Shown here: positions 39,682 to 52,186 of the stretch, piece by piece
Layout of the letters: every line of letters starts with the position of its first letter
Numbering within the stretch: the stretch's first letter is position 1
DNA from: Balanoglossus misakiensis
Lineage: Eukaryota > Animalia > Hemichordata
Length of the DNA: 64,000 nucleotides
Reading direction: 5' to 3'
Assembly (NCBI GenBank): GCA_040954595.2
Contig: CM082576.2
Span: 8,063,129 to 8,127,128, forward strand
Notes under the pieces: generated by a model
The model's input: the letters and a program-made list of their open reading frames with translations, nothing else
Databases searched by the model: none
What the model was told of the DNA's origin: nothing
Position numbers and translations under genes: made by a program

Positions 39682-41156
39682 TTAGTTATTGATGGAGTAG
39701 TTCGGATATTGTAAAAAATGTTTGTTTGTTTTCAAGCGCAACGTGGGTATTATTTGTACGTTTTTCGTCATAGACCTTACTATCAAAGTTTTATAGAAAA
39801 TTTTAAGCCGCGTCTGAATTGTCGCTTTTAAAGAGGCCTGTTCGTTTTCGGCGGTAGTCTTTCACCTTCAAGAAGCGTTTCAAGCGAGGCGTTTAACTAG
39901 ACCACGGTACGAGCGCTCCATTGGTCCCAATTTCACCGCCGAGGATTGGATATTCAATGCCTCGGTCGTGTGATAATTCTGTTTGAAGTGTGCGTTCTAC
40001 AGAATTTTGATCAAATGTCGGCCAGGCATTTGTTGTTCTCCTCCATTTCATCGCTCGCCTCCCTCCTCCTCCTTTGTGTTACATTGACGTGGAACTTGGC
40101 ACTTCCAGATCACGAATGAATTTTCCACGCCCGTTCCGCGAATCCCCAGAACAAACGCACGACTCCAAGCAGAGGGGCTATCATACAGCAACAACGAAAA
40201 TAAACGCAACCACAAACCCATTTACTAAACCCAAACACGTGCTGTCAGCTGCAAAACAGATCCTACTCAGAAAAATGGAGGGGAAAGACATCAAAGAAAA
40301 GACGGAGAATGCTTGGAGAAAAGTCAGGCTCCGCAACAGAGAAGACGTCACGTACCGAGAAATTCTGCGAAAACCACGAGGGTAAACATGTCCATCGCAG
40401 CCACGAGTTTTATCACACAATCCCCATTTTCTGGCTACAACAACTCTTTGAGTGCATTGAATCTCGGGAAAAAGAAGCAACTCAAGGAAAGAAACCATAA
40501 GTGTAGGAATAATAGCTCTCGGACATGCACGGAATAGCGCACTAACAAGGCCCTAGCTGTGGTGTATTAGTCTACTTAATCACGGACATTCCAGCTCAAA
40601 TTGTTGATGTCCCACACTTCACAATGATCGGGTTGCTGTCGCTTCTTTCAGCGCGCTGAATGCTGATCGTGTACACTGAAAAGCCATGGACGAAATGCAT
40701 TTTTCAACAGAGCTCAGTAGAGTTTTTTCTCTGAAGGTGAAAACACGGTCTTTTCAAAGCGTGTTTTGTGGGCGCATCACAAATCGCGCGCCGGGGAAAC
40801 AAAACAAAAAAACCGCCTGTATATATTTGAAACACAACGAGGATGTGATTTTGTGAAAGGCTTAAACGCGTTGTTGAAAAATTCATATTTTTATCTTCAT
40901 ACCTTCGTGTCAGTCGTACTGTCAACGTCATTTGTCGCTTTTGAAAAAGAAACGCAAACGTGTTCAGGAAAATATTAAACAGTTTACTGGCCTGTCAATG
41001 GATATCTTTACCCATAACCTTCAGCCAATCCTGAAATCGCAAATGTTGTCATCATGCCACTAATTCCAGCGCTCTCGTTTTTTTCCTTGACAGCATTCAA
41101 AACCTTCGCCGATTAAAAACGGTCAGGCGAGGCATCTGATCAACTTCACTGCGGAA

Positions 41157-41527
41157 GTTTAAAAATCGGATAATTTTGAGTTGTTTTTCGTCTGGCAGAC
41201 ACACCATTCTGGGTACACGAGCGATGGCGAATGAAATAAAACCCGGCCACCTTTTAACAAGCGCGTATCACATTTAGTTTGGCGATATGCTGCCATAGCA
41301 ACAGTCCCAGCATCTTTTTTTCTATTTTTATTGTTTATGGAGAAGTTTCCATATTGACTGTTGACGTTTAAAACTCGGATAGTTTTGGGAATATGGTGGT
41401 TTGTCGGGCAGGCACGCCATTCCGGGTGCACGAACGATGACGAATGTGAGACCAGAAATAAAACCCGACAACTTTGTAAGCGCGTATCACTTTAAATTTG
41501 CCAATATGTTGCCATAGCAACAGCCCA
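41157..41527. repeat. Diverged direct tandem duplication (period ~210 bp, ~155-bp aligned core)
   Basis: 41157-41309 aligns by eye to 41366-41527. Shared blocks: GTTTAAAA.TCGGATA.TTTTG, CCATTC.GGGT.CACGA.CGATG.CGAATG, AAATAAAACCCG, AAGCGCGTATCAC, ATATG.TGCCATAGCAACAG. Confidence 0.85.
41508..41521. promoter_or_regulatory. RFX X-box motif GTTGCCATAGCAAC
   Basis: Matches the X-box consensus. A degenerate twin GCTGCCATAGCAAC lies at 41289-41302 in the other tandem copy. Confidence 0.4.
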
Positions 41528-41978
41528 TTCTCATCGTACCAGGCCCTAGAATTGTCTCTGCTGCGATATTGTTTCTTCTTTCATCCCCTACCACAGAGTC
41601 TGACAGTATAGAACTCCATCAATGTCTATTTTTCGTGATCCTAGAATATTTTTTTACCGATTAATTAATGTTTATCTGGTGATCCCTCAAGGGATGGAGT
41701 AGTCAAGTATGATGTAGTTAGTAGGTTGTGGATAAATCAACAACATAAAGATGTGTAATTATAAATATGGAGAGTTAGCGTCAATCAACAGAGCGACAGA
41801 TCAGACTTGGTCCCTTGAGGCGCTCCTGGTCAACTTGCACCGCTTAGCATTGCTTATGCCGCAAATGATGTAGAAAAATCACCAACATTACCGAAAAACG
41901 GTCACTGTAATAAAAAAGATAAAATTCCGTGTGACGTTGTGTTAATTATATTAATTTTATCTCAACACGCAGCGAAAC

Positions 41979-41992
41979 GTCGCCATGGAAAC
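41979..41992. promoter_or_regulatory. RFX X-box motif GTCGCCATGGAAAC
   Basis: Matches the X-box consensus; function untested. Confidence 0.4.
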
Positions 41993-44986
41993 CGACGGTT
42001 TAAAGTAAAGAAACAATTACATCGGCAAGCTGATTTTCTGCTACAAGAAAAAAAAATCGGGGTTTCAAAGCTGTCGACGTTTGGATCTGTGTTGATAAAA
42101 GGAATCACCGCCAGCTATATCTGAAGTCTTCCATATACACAGTGCCAACAGTCAGAGTGTCTTCAATATTGAGAAATTTATGCGACTTCGCATATGGGTA
42201 CCCCTGCTCGCTCCACTATGGTAAATGTTTTTGCATTTTGCGTTTTTTCTTTTAGCTGCAAGGGACTCGTTGAAGTGGATTTTTTGAGGGATGGACGCGT
42301 TAGGTTTCTCGGAGTGTCGTGTTTGAATGAGCCGTTTCGTTTTGTTGTTGTTGTTGTTTTTACGGTTGTTTTCTTCGGCTTGGTGGCCGGGTTATCATTT
42401 CATGTCCGAGTAACCAAAATTTAACTCTAAACGTAAGCGATATTAGATCAGGCCCGGTTTGATTGTTTTTCTTTTCACTGATTTGTCCTTTTACGTTAAA
42501 GCAACCCACTTATCATCACAATTATTTTTTTGGCCTTTGAAAGGAAATCTACATGATTTGTAATATTTATTGCAACCGTCGTCGATGTCAGTTATTTTGT
42601 CAAAGTAATGAGGACGGTTTCCCTAAAGCGCTCCACAGCCATGACCTTGGCAACTACACAAGGTAATTGAAAACCAGCGAAAATTAATTGACGATTGATC
42701 TTTGCAGCTCCAATTACTGAACGTTTCGCAGACAAAAAAATGGCCACCTCGCGCATCGTCAGACGGAAAACGGCGAAAATAACCGGAAACTGTTCGTTAT
42801 TCTGCAGACGCCGGATGAAAAAAAAATTGAGAGAGAGAGAGAGAGAAATACGCGATCGATATTTCTGGTCTGCATATTAAAGCACCCATATAACAGTGCT
42901 CATTAAAGATGAATAAACGCGATCGTCTTGATCGCCGTCTTTGTTGGCGGGCAAAGTGTCACCGGTATTGGACTAATTGCGCGGTCAATAATGGCAACTC
43001 CCTCTGCACAGGGCCGATGAATCGAAGCTCCGGCGAATTACGACCGGCAGACAATTTCAATTTGCCATGTAAAGCTAGCCTCGTGTCGCCTACCATTGAT
43101 GGCCCGCCGTTGACAAGTATCTATATCTAAGGATCATTAACTACCCATTCGATATGCATTTTCCCACCAGCAAGACCAGCGCCTTGCCGGAAGACCGGAG
43201 TCAGAGCCTCGACTCGAAGCCGTAATAAGCAGGGAGGAAAAAAATGAATGCTTATGGCCGTAAATGCATGAGTACTCCTACTCGAGAAGGAAATAGGACT
43301 TGAAAGCGGTGATATTTGGTCTTGACGGGACATATCTCTTAAAACATACTCATTAAACCTCCCAATTATAGAAAAGCCTCGCTCCGTCGCCAACATCGGC
43401 GGTATTTTGATACGCTTGTATACGCGGCGTCCAACATAAAAAATACCCGAGCACCGGTAACATTTCTGTATTATAGAGACGTTGAACATTACTCGGTAAT
43501 TACACCCTTTGATAGTTAATTCTTTCTCTTTTGGGGGAAAAAATATCTGCCATTATGTGGAGTCACAGCGTGGTTTTTAGACTTAACGACACGTTCCACC
43601 ACCACTGAAGTGGCTGTGATCGTAATTGTACGCGGGAATGGGCAATCGGCGGCGAAGGTTTTTTTTCCCCCCTCCCCATTAATTCGGCGTCCCCCAGTAC
43701 ACTCCACTTATTGAAACGACATCATTGGCTCTTTCCTTTGACGATTTTCACTTCCAAAAGAGTGACTTGGATTACGAAGAAATAACAGTAGATACGACTG
43801 GATGGGCTTAACGAGGGCGGTTGTCACTCTATCCCAGTAGTCATTCAATAACCAGGCCCCTAGGCCGAGAAACGGGGAGAAAGAGACGCCGAAGACATCA
43901 TATGACAATGCCCCCATTTTATTTGGCAATTATTATCAGGAAGTTGTACCGTTAATGACTTATTTTTCCACTTATTTTCCCCAATTTCTGGCCATTATTT
44001 TCTTCCCCGTTGCCGCTGGATGGCTACCCGAAAGCATCACGGTCCACAAACAAAGGTCCCCTGCCTAGGAGTCACCACTCCAAATCACGCCAGTAATTGT
44101 AGAAAAAAATCCAGCGGGAGGAAAGGGAACTTTTGTACTTAGCGAGGGATTACAATTCATTATAGAATATTATAAATAAATTGATGGTAGGGTTAGCAAT
44201 TATTTAGCAGATAAAACCTCACCAGGGTGCACTCATCCTTGATGATTTTAACGAAGAGTTTTCGGAAGTTCAGTTCGGAGCATGAGATGTTTTGCCCATC
44301 GAACGTGACAATACTCGCTTTTCCCGCCTATTCTGCACGATCACGTTCGCCGAGTCATCATTTATTTGCACGCACGGACGGATCGTATTTTTCCAAGACA
44401 GATATAATATTGGACAAATATTTGAAAAATATGACTCCGGGAATAGTGCAGCGAACAAGCGAGCGCGGTGCTTGCAAAGCGAAAACAACAGATCAAAGAA
44501 GATACTGCAGCGCGAGTGTGATACGCGATGATACAGCTTTTTCTGTACAAAAGACAATCACGTACGCCGTCGCCACACATTATGTGCGTCACGAACGCGT
44601 ACTCGCCGGACTTGATCGTCTGCGCGCATTATTTTCAGTCTCCTTTCTTCACCAAAAGGAAAAAGATCCTTATGCATAAGTATTTATTGAAGCAAGACCA
44701 AGATTCGCTTTTGTGTGCACCCACTGTGGCAGTTTTGTCCACTCGTAAAATGAAGTCTTCATCGATTCATCCAATTGATTCATCCGGGGTATTTTCTTCG
44801 AGCCAATAATTTTTTTTAGTAACTCGAGAGAGCGGTAAATGCCAAAATGGATATGCCAATTTGAAATCACCTGAATAAGTTTGTCATCGTGAACTAGGAT
44901 TCTCGTTCAACGAACGGTAGTTTCAAATCTGACGTGATGTGCTTACTGTACTTTAGTCGCAGCGGATATGCAGATTCCCTTTCTCC

Positions 44987-45049
44987 CAAACAAACAAACA
45001 AACAAACAAACAAACAAACAAACAAACAAACAAACAAACAAACAAACAA
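44987..45049. repeat. (CAAA)n microsatellite
   Basis: Direct reading. Confidence 0.95.
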
Positions 45050-45465
45050 AAAACGCTGGCATGAGAAAAAAATGGACAGACTTAAAGAATTTCGAGTTTC
45101 GGAAAAAGTTGTCCCCGTCTTGCATTATACCTTTATACATCTGGCCAACGGATCGCGTACGTGTGATGGCGCGCTTTTTCACTCGGCCCTCAAGTGAAAT
45201 TCTGTAAATGGTTAGATAGTGGCTGTCCATGATATATGTCGCCAGAACTAAGAAAATAAGCCGCGTAGTTAAATCAGGTAACTCCCCATATAATATCAAA
45301 GTAGTAGTTAGCGACAATTTTAAGTGGTTTTAGAATTTAAGGAGTATGAATTAGCAATATGGCACTTATTTTTCCGACAGTGTTTATTTGATCGTACATG
45401 GGAGTGTTACATGTGGTCTTGTTCAGTGAGCTCGTCTTTTTTTATCAGAGCTCAGGAATGTTGCA

Positions 45466-45557
45466 ATGTGATGTGATGTGATGTGGTGTGGTGTGGTGTG
45501 GTGCGGTGTGGTGTGGTGTGGTGTGATGTGATGTGATGTGATGTGGTGTGATGTGAT
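45466..45557. repeat. (GTGAT/GTGGT)n pentanucleotide repeat
   Basis: Direct reading. Confidence 0.93.
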
Positions 45558-48039
45558 ACTGGGCGTGTCAAAATGATCTAGAGAGTAGTGGATGCACAGA
45601 ACAAAGATACTGAACGTGTTATCAAAAGTTGCAGTTACTGACTCTTGAAGTATTTATTGTTCCAAACTGACATTAAAGCGGGATATCACACTTCCACACA
45701 AGTTAGTTTGTCTCACACTGACACTCGTTTTTAGAAAACACGTCTTGGTGAAGGACGCGACTGGCTGTCCATCACCCCGAGAAATAAATGACATGTCCAC
45801 GTGACATATTGGCCGAATCATTTTATATTGTATATAACAGAATTTGTTTATCGAGAAAGTAGACACAGCGGGATTTAAAGTAAATTGATTTTGGCTCAGT
45901 GTGGTTTTCATCTATTTTTTAAAACCTCAAACACTCAGCACTGTCAAAACAAAATATTCTTTTTTGTCCATATAGGTTTCTTAGATCTTTAGAAAGCGAC
46001 AAAAATCTTCCAAGTTAAACTTTTTAATGACGTAATGCCAAATGTTTAGCTTAAAATGTACCCAATTTCATGTTTGGGATACATTAGCCAAACTCCAAAT
46101 GGATGATCAGATGCACATCCTTCTGAAATTATTTGTGGGTGTTCCTACGTTGGCTTTGAATTCGACGAGAAAGATGGCTTTTAAACAATATTCTTTATCT
46201 GTCTGTCTGTCTGTCTGTCTCTCCTGACCCCCCGCGCCCATTAGTTATGACTTAAGAAAATAATGTAGATTCATTTGTTTATTGACAAGAAACTGACCAA
46301 TCCCTCAATACACGTGTATCGGCATATGTAAATATCTATAATTTATTCAGGACCACGTGACTACTTCACAAAGTCCTGTACAGAAACTGACCGGAAAAGA
46401 CTGATACGCTACTGCAGTTTTCATCAGTGTTGATTAAGATGACAAAGGGAATTTAAAACCAGCAGGATTTTTTTTACGTAAACGCGCTTTCAACAGCGAC
46501 TGGCTTCTACATCTCATTTGAATATCGGCAGTCACCGGCAGCGCACTGAATATGTATATAAAGACCTAGAATTGTGGAAAGCAAGCGTGCTTTCAATAAA
46601 TCTGTTTCACTGATAAAATGACAAGCAAGTAAAAGTTAGCAAAGATGTCGACCTTTTCTGCGCCGCTCATCATATATACTCGTTTGGAGTATAGAGAACG
46701 CATTGTAACAGAAGACGACGAAGACGACTATTATTATTATTTCTTTTGTATAATCACCCTTCATCAAGACTCCAACTCCGGCTTCCCCCATTGATTACCG
46801 TTCCGAGTAACCATTAGAACGACCTTTAAATTGGGAAACTTCGCCTTGAGCTGCGTTTTGATACAGAAATATTGTTTCCTAATTACTTTTTTAATGGTAA
46901 TGCGTCGTTGTTAACCGCTGTTCGGTTCTGTTGCCCACACACTAATCACGTACAGTTTAAAGCCATACATCTCCATTATTCATTCATTTTCCGTCGACTA
47001 GGATCGTGTGTCATCCAGACAAATTGTTTGCCCCTTCCTCGCTGCCTCTTCGTATGTCTCCTGCTGAAAAAAAGGAACATCTTCTGGGGGGGGGTTTCAA
47101 TTGAAGAGAAATACGTCAGCATCTCTCGCTACTTCCCTTCTTCCCCTCCTTCTGTTCTGACAAAACTAATGAAGCCTGGCGGTGCAATTCAAGTATCCGC
47201 CAATCTAATGACTGTTCAGGAATGTTTTTTAACCGATTTTGTATAATATTGATTTTAATACCGTCCGTGGGTAGTTAGTTTATCGTCTATTATCAAGGGG
47301 GGACTTATCTCGTTGACTGCGCATAAGTGAATTATACCGCTGGCATTAGCCATATGTTTTAGGGAATAAATTTACAGACTGTATTTTTTTTCAAAGAAAA
47401 TTCTTCCTGCCATGTCCCATTGGACTTAAAGGCTTCGGACAGACCCACTTTCCCGCGGGCTGGAGGGCGCCTGTCAGGGGAGCGAATCGTTTATCCGCTG
47501 TTTTAACGAAGTCGACAGAGAGTGGTCGTCTGCCTTGTGACACTACCTGATTCGGTCGGTTCGTCGATCAGTCGGAAACCAGGTTGACTCAAAAACCGTT
47601 AAAGGAAACTAGATCAATTAACGGACCGAGTGTCAATGTAACCAAGACAGTCAGCTAATGATTAACGGTAGTCAAACAGACCATATAAATACAAATTAAA
47701 AGGAGGACAGACGATCTTCTACAGCGAATCCGATGTGATTCCCCGTTATTTCGAACAGACCCTTCGTATTGATTCGGAGCTGAATCAATGTGGGTGACAT
47801 GGAATTGATACGACTCGCCTGATTTCGAAGCGATCGTGTGTCTGATTAACCCTCTAAATATCATGCTCAAACTTTGCGACTATTACAGATCACTCGTGGA
47901 AAAAAACAAGTGTAGCTCAATCTCCGGTAAAGTGTCTCCACTAGATATTTTCTGGTAATAAATCGAAAAGTCCCGTCCTCTCTTCTACAAATTAAGTCAC
48001 ACATCTAGAAACAAGTGGTCTCGTTGATGGCACTTGGGA

Positions 48040-48053
48040 GTTACCATGGCAAC
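48040..48053. promoter_or_regulatory. RFX X-box motif GTTACCATGGCAAC
   Basis: Matches the RFX X-box consensus GTYNCCATRGNAAC; function untested. Confidence 0.4.
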
Positions 48054-51000
48054 GAGAATGTAGTGTCTTTCAGTGCGAACCTTCAACAGTTTTGAATACA
48101 TAAATACAGACAGACAGACAGATACAGGCGCGCACTGAGAATGAGACACAGAGACAGCCTGAGATATATATATTGTAAACGTTTTTGATACAAACATTGT
48201 ACACGTCATCACTTTCGTTTACTGACGCTATGGACTGTTCCGCCATCGTTCATAAAATTTTGCACCAATTTTCAATTCGAGATTTTTATTGATAATCTCA
48301 ACAAAATGCTCTTTTATTTATCGCCCATATAACTTTAAATCACTCCCGATTCTCGTTTGTTGACTCAGAACACTATCTGAAGAGTTTGCAATTTTGACGA
48401 CCATTTTTTATCCAATGTCAAAAATGTAATTATTATGATAAACGACGCGCGGCGTGTAAATGAAAATATTGGCATTGCAACCTTGCCCTTCGATCTGTGT
48501 TGCGAGCCTTGCATTTCCCTCTCGGTCCTGGCTGCAAGTGGTCACGTGACGCACGCCGTACAGGTCCGCAACATCCGATGGGCGCAGGGGGACACTTCGG
48601 CCGGATTTAAACCAGAGGAGAACAATGACCAGCGCGTATTCAGCGAATCTACTTGGGAAGCGGTAAATGATGTAGACGGGCCCACAATATACGACTGAGG
48701 AAAAAAAATCACCGGTCCTTAATTAAAGCAGAATTGGGAATAACTTCGTCGAGGACCATACACTGAGGAGACGCGAGGAGTCCGTCACTGAAGGGCGGGC
48801 TTATTTGCAATTTAGATGCTAGCATTTGCTTGTTAAAAACGAGAGCGAATATCAGAACTTAAAACGCTGCGAAAGAGAAGAAACAATTACCCTGCGCCAA
48901 GCCCCGTCGTGGTGACGTCACGATTGTAGGGAAAGCTAAAAGCGTACACGCGAACTTTTTTCATGAAGAGGAAATCCGCTGAAAAAGAGATACACGTGTT
49001 TTGTTAGCAGTTACCGGTTTAGGTGATGCACGGGGGGAAAGTCTTAAACGAATATGGCACTTTAACTTAAATGCATTTTTTTCGGACTTAAAAGTTTTTC
49101 GGGGAATCAAGCAAAGGTAAATAAAGTAGACACAACTTGCAACGTGCGCTTTGAATTGAGTAATTATTGCATCGTGGCGCAGCTCCGTAGCTTTTTGCTT
49201 GAGCTTGGTGTGGTCCTTAATGGGTGCAACATTTAGAGCCTGTTCAACTGGTGTGTCTTTGTCTGCCACAATGATCGCTGCTACTGGGAAAATGATGAAA
49301 TCTCGGGCCAATTTCACCCCACATACAATGGTGCCACGCCTTGTGTCTGACGGTAGACGCTTCTTAAACGCCTGGCAACATTGGCAGCCTTCGGTGTGTG
49401 AGTGCACTCCCTCCTTTGTTGAGAAGCTAAATGACCCAGTGCATCCGCCACGACTCCAATTGGGGGGAGAGAGAGAGACTGCAGCAGCTCAATACTCGCC
49501 TCCCTTCTCTTCACAATCAAGCAAAATATTGAACTTCTTTGTTTCATAATGGGAACAAGCAAGAAATAAAAGAAAAGACTGTTAGGAGCACTTTGTCTGG
49601 AGCTGCCGCTTCTATAACACGACAAAGCGTCGTCCCTTTCAGCGCATTCTCCCTGCAGGAGTACGGCGACGAGAGTTCGGGTTACGCGTCGGAGAGTCGA
49701 ATCGCACCTGCAAAATGGACCCTCTCCCTCATACGATATCGCGGATGTGGCGGGAAAAAAATTAACGAGAAAGTGGCGGGAACGGAAAAAATATCTTTTT
49801 AAAAAAAATCCAAGGGTGGATTTCGCGGACGAATTATAGAACGGAATTCACTGCAGCTCGTAGTGAGCGGAAAAACCTGAGTCCGAAACTTTATTTTCCC
49901 ATTTACCAATGTTGCAGTCTTCGGCGCGCCATTGTTCCCGTTCCCCGCGACGGCAGTAAAGTCGCTCGCCGCACGCTCCGCATTATGTTGGCAAGGCGAA
50001 CGAAAACTTGTATCAAATCAGTTGAATTTTAGTGTTTACACCGAAATTGGGTGTAAATGTTCCATTTCTAAGGTTTCTGATGGCAAACATTGCCAGTGCA
50101 ACATTTTCCGAGCCTGTTTCAAGGCTCAGAAAATGATGCTAGTTTGCAACCATTCCACGGGTAGCCCCACACGCGCCAAAGTGTAATTAACGGGAACTGC
50201 GTCTCGCCTAACAACACACGGTGGCCGTCACCGGGGTCGGTACAGTTTAAACACTCTTCCGCGGTGTCTTCGGCGGCCATATTCATGCTTCCCTTACTCC
50301 GGGATTCTCGCTAAGCAAATATTGAATTTTTATGGTCTTGTTATCCCCGTTAAGTATGTTTTAATGATGTCGCTGTGAAACCGAGCAAGCTGTTCGCTGG
50401 ACGTGTTTTCGCCGTTATTGAGGCAATTTGGCCGCCTAGTCGCTCCAGTCTTCTCGCACAGTTGATTGCTTTTGACTGCCTACATAAAGGCCGAGGCGAA
50501 TCAGAGCAAGTGGGCGCGCGTGACAACTAGATGGAACACATCTCGCCTAGGCTATATTGTGCACCTACAAAGCCTTATTAACTGTTTTATAGGAAGCACG
50601 TGTAGTTTTCACGTCGATTCGGAGTTAGCTTTAGTTTTTAGCAAGACCCCCTAGTTCATACGGTTATTATTTACACCACTGCAGTGTTTCCCAACAGGTC
50701 ACTCAGGACTATTACCCGTTTATTTTCTGCGCCAAATAAGGGGGTGTTGTTTATGGGTAGAGTCACAACGATACGGTTAATACTCCCCCATCCGCTTTTC
50801 TCTCTCCGAGTCGTCGCAGGGCTGTGTTTGTTCTGTTTATTCCCAGTAACCCCTGACGTCGACTCATTCAGCATCGACTGACGTCGACAGCGGCTCTTGT
50901 TCGGAATGAAGCGATGCCGAAGAGCAGTATTCCGCTTTGTAGCCAACTCATACATAATTAACGACGCGCTTATTTGAAGTAAAAATCAGCCGTGTCAGTT

Positions 51001-52040
51001 TTTTTCAAACGTTAAAGGATTCAAATATTAATATTCAATAATTTATGATATCCTATATAAAGAGAAAATTATAATTACTATAAAAAGACATGATAGTGAT
51101 CTTCATTTTATCCAAGCCTCCCCCCCCCCCTTTCAAATTCCCAACTTCGCTTTACCGGTGGTGTATTCACATATGAGTTGTCGGAAGCGAGTTCCCGCGG
51201 CGTCAACAAGGCATCTACACGCGTACCCGCCACGATGGGCATATTAGTCTAAATAGTTTTTCATTCCTTTCAAATAAGGCTAATGAATGCGCCGTTGACA
51301 AAGGTTTTCACCGCTGTGCCGCTCAGTCCTGCCGGCCGAACACCAGTCCTCGAAAACCCTCCTCTACGTGAAGTCCCCATTAATCGCCGTAATCCGTCAC
51401 CCGCGAAAAAGGGGAGAGAAAAAAAAGAAAAGAAATCGACGACTCTCACTTCGCTGTAATTACCGTGCTGCGAGTTGTAATGTCACTCCCGCGCATGCGT
51501 CCTGCCCAATACTCTGGGCGCCGCTCTTAACCCCTGTACAACGCGCAAAGTCAAGTCACTACACAATAATAAAGCGCGATATGTTACATCTACCCACCAC
51601 AACAAAGATAACAAACATCCCCGCCGGACCGCTTATGACTCTCACGAATTTCGCATCGAATGCGCATTCCGATCTGTTCATGGTTAGGATTACTATTGCA
51701 CGTCTGGGCTTGAATGTAACGCTGATATTTTGAGATTCCAATATTTCATGAGTGCCAGAACAAAAGTAATGTCAAATCAGTCTATAATGTTACCATGTGT
51801 GCCTAGTTACATACATTTATCAAAAAGGAATTATCAGGTACATACTGCATTTATGGTGTCGATATATTATACTTTAACATTTCTGAAGAAAAAAACATTA
51901 GTGGATTGTATTTTATTATTTAGGGGTTATTTACAAACGAACAATGAAAAATAAATATTTTGCGATGTATATTGTTTGTAAACACAGATGGTTATCAAAT
52001 ACAACAACCCATAGAATATCATGGAACAGAGAGGCATGTT

Positions 52041-52186
<146 letters not shown>

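Noticed and set aside
51694-51715. TATTGCAC, a miR-92-like start
   Set aside because: The upstream arm does not form a proper hairpin.
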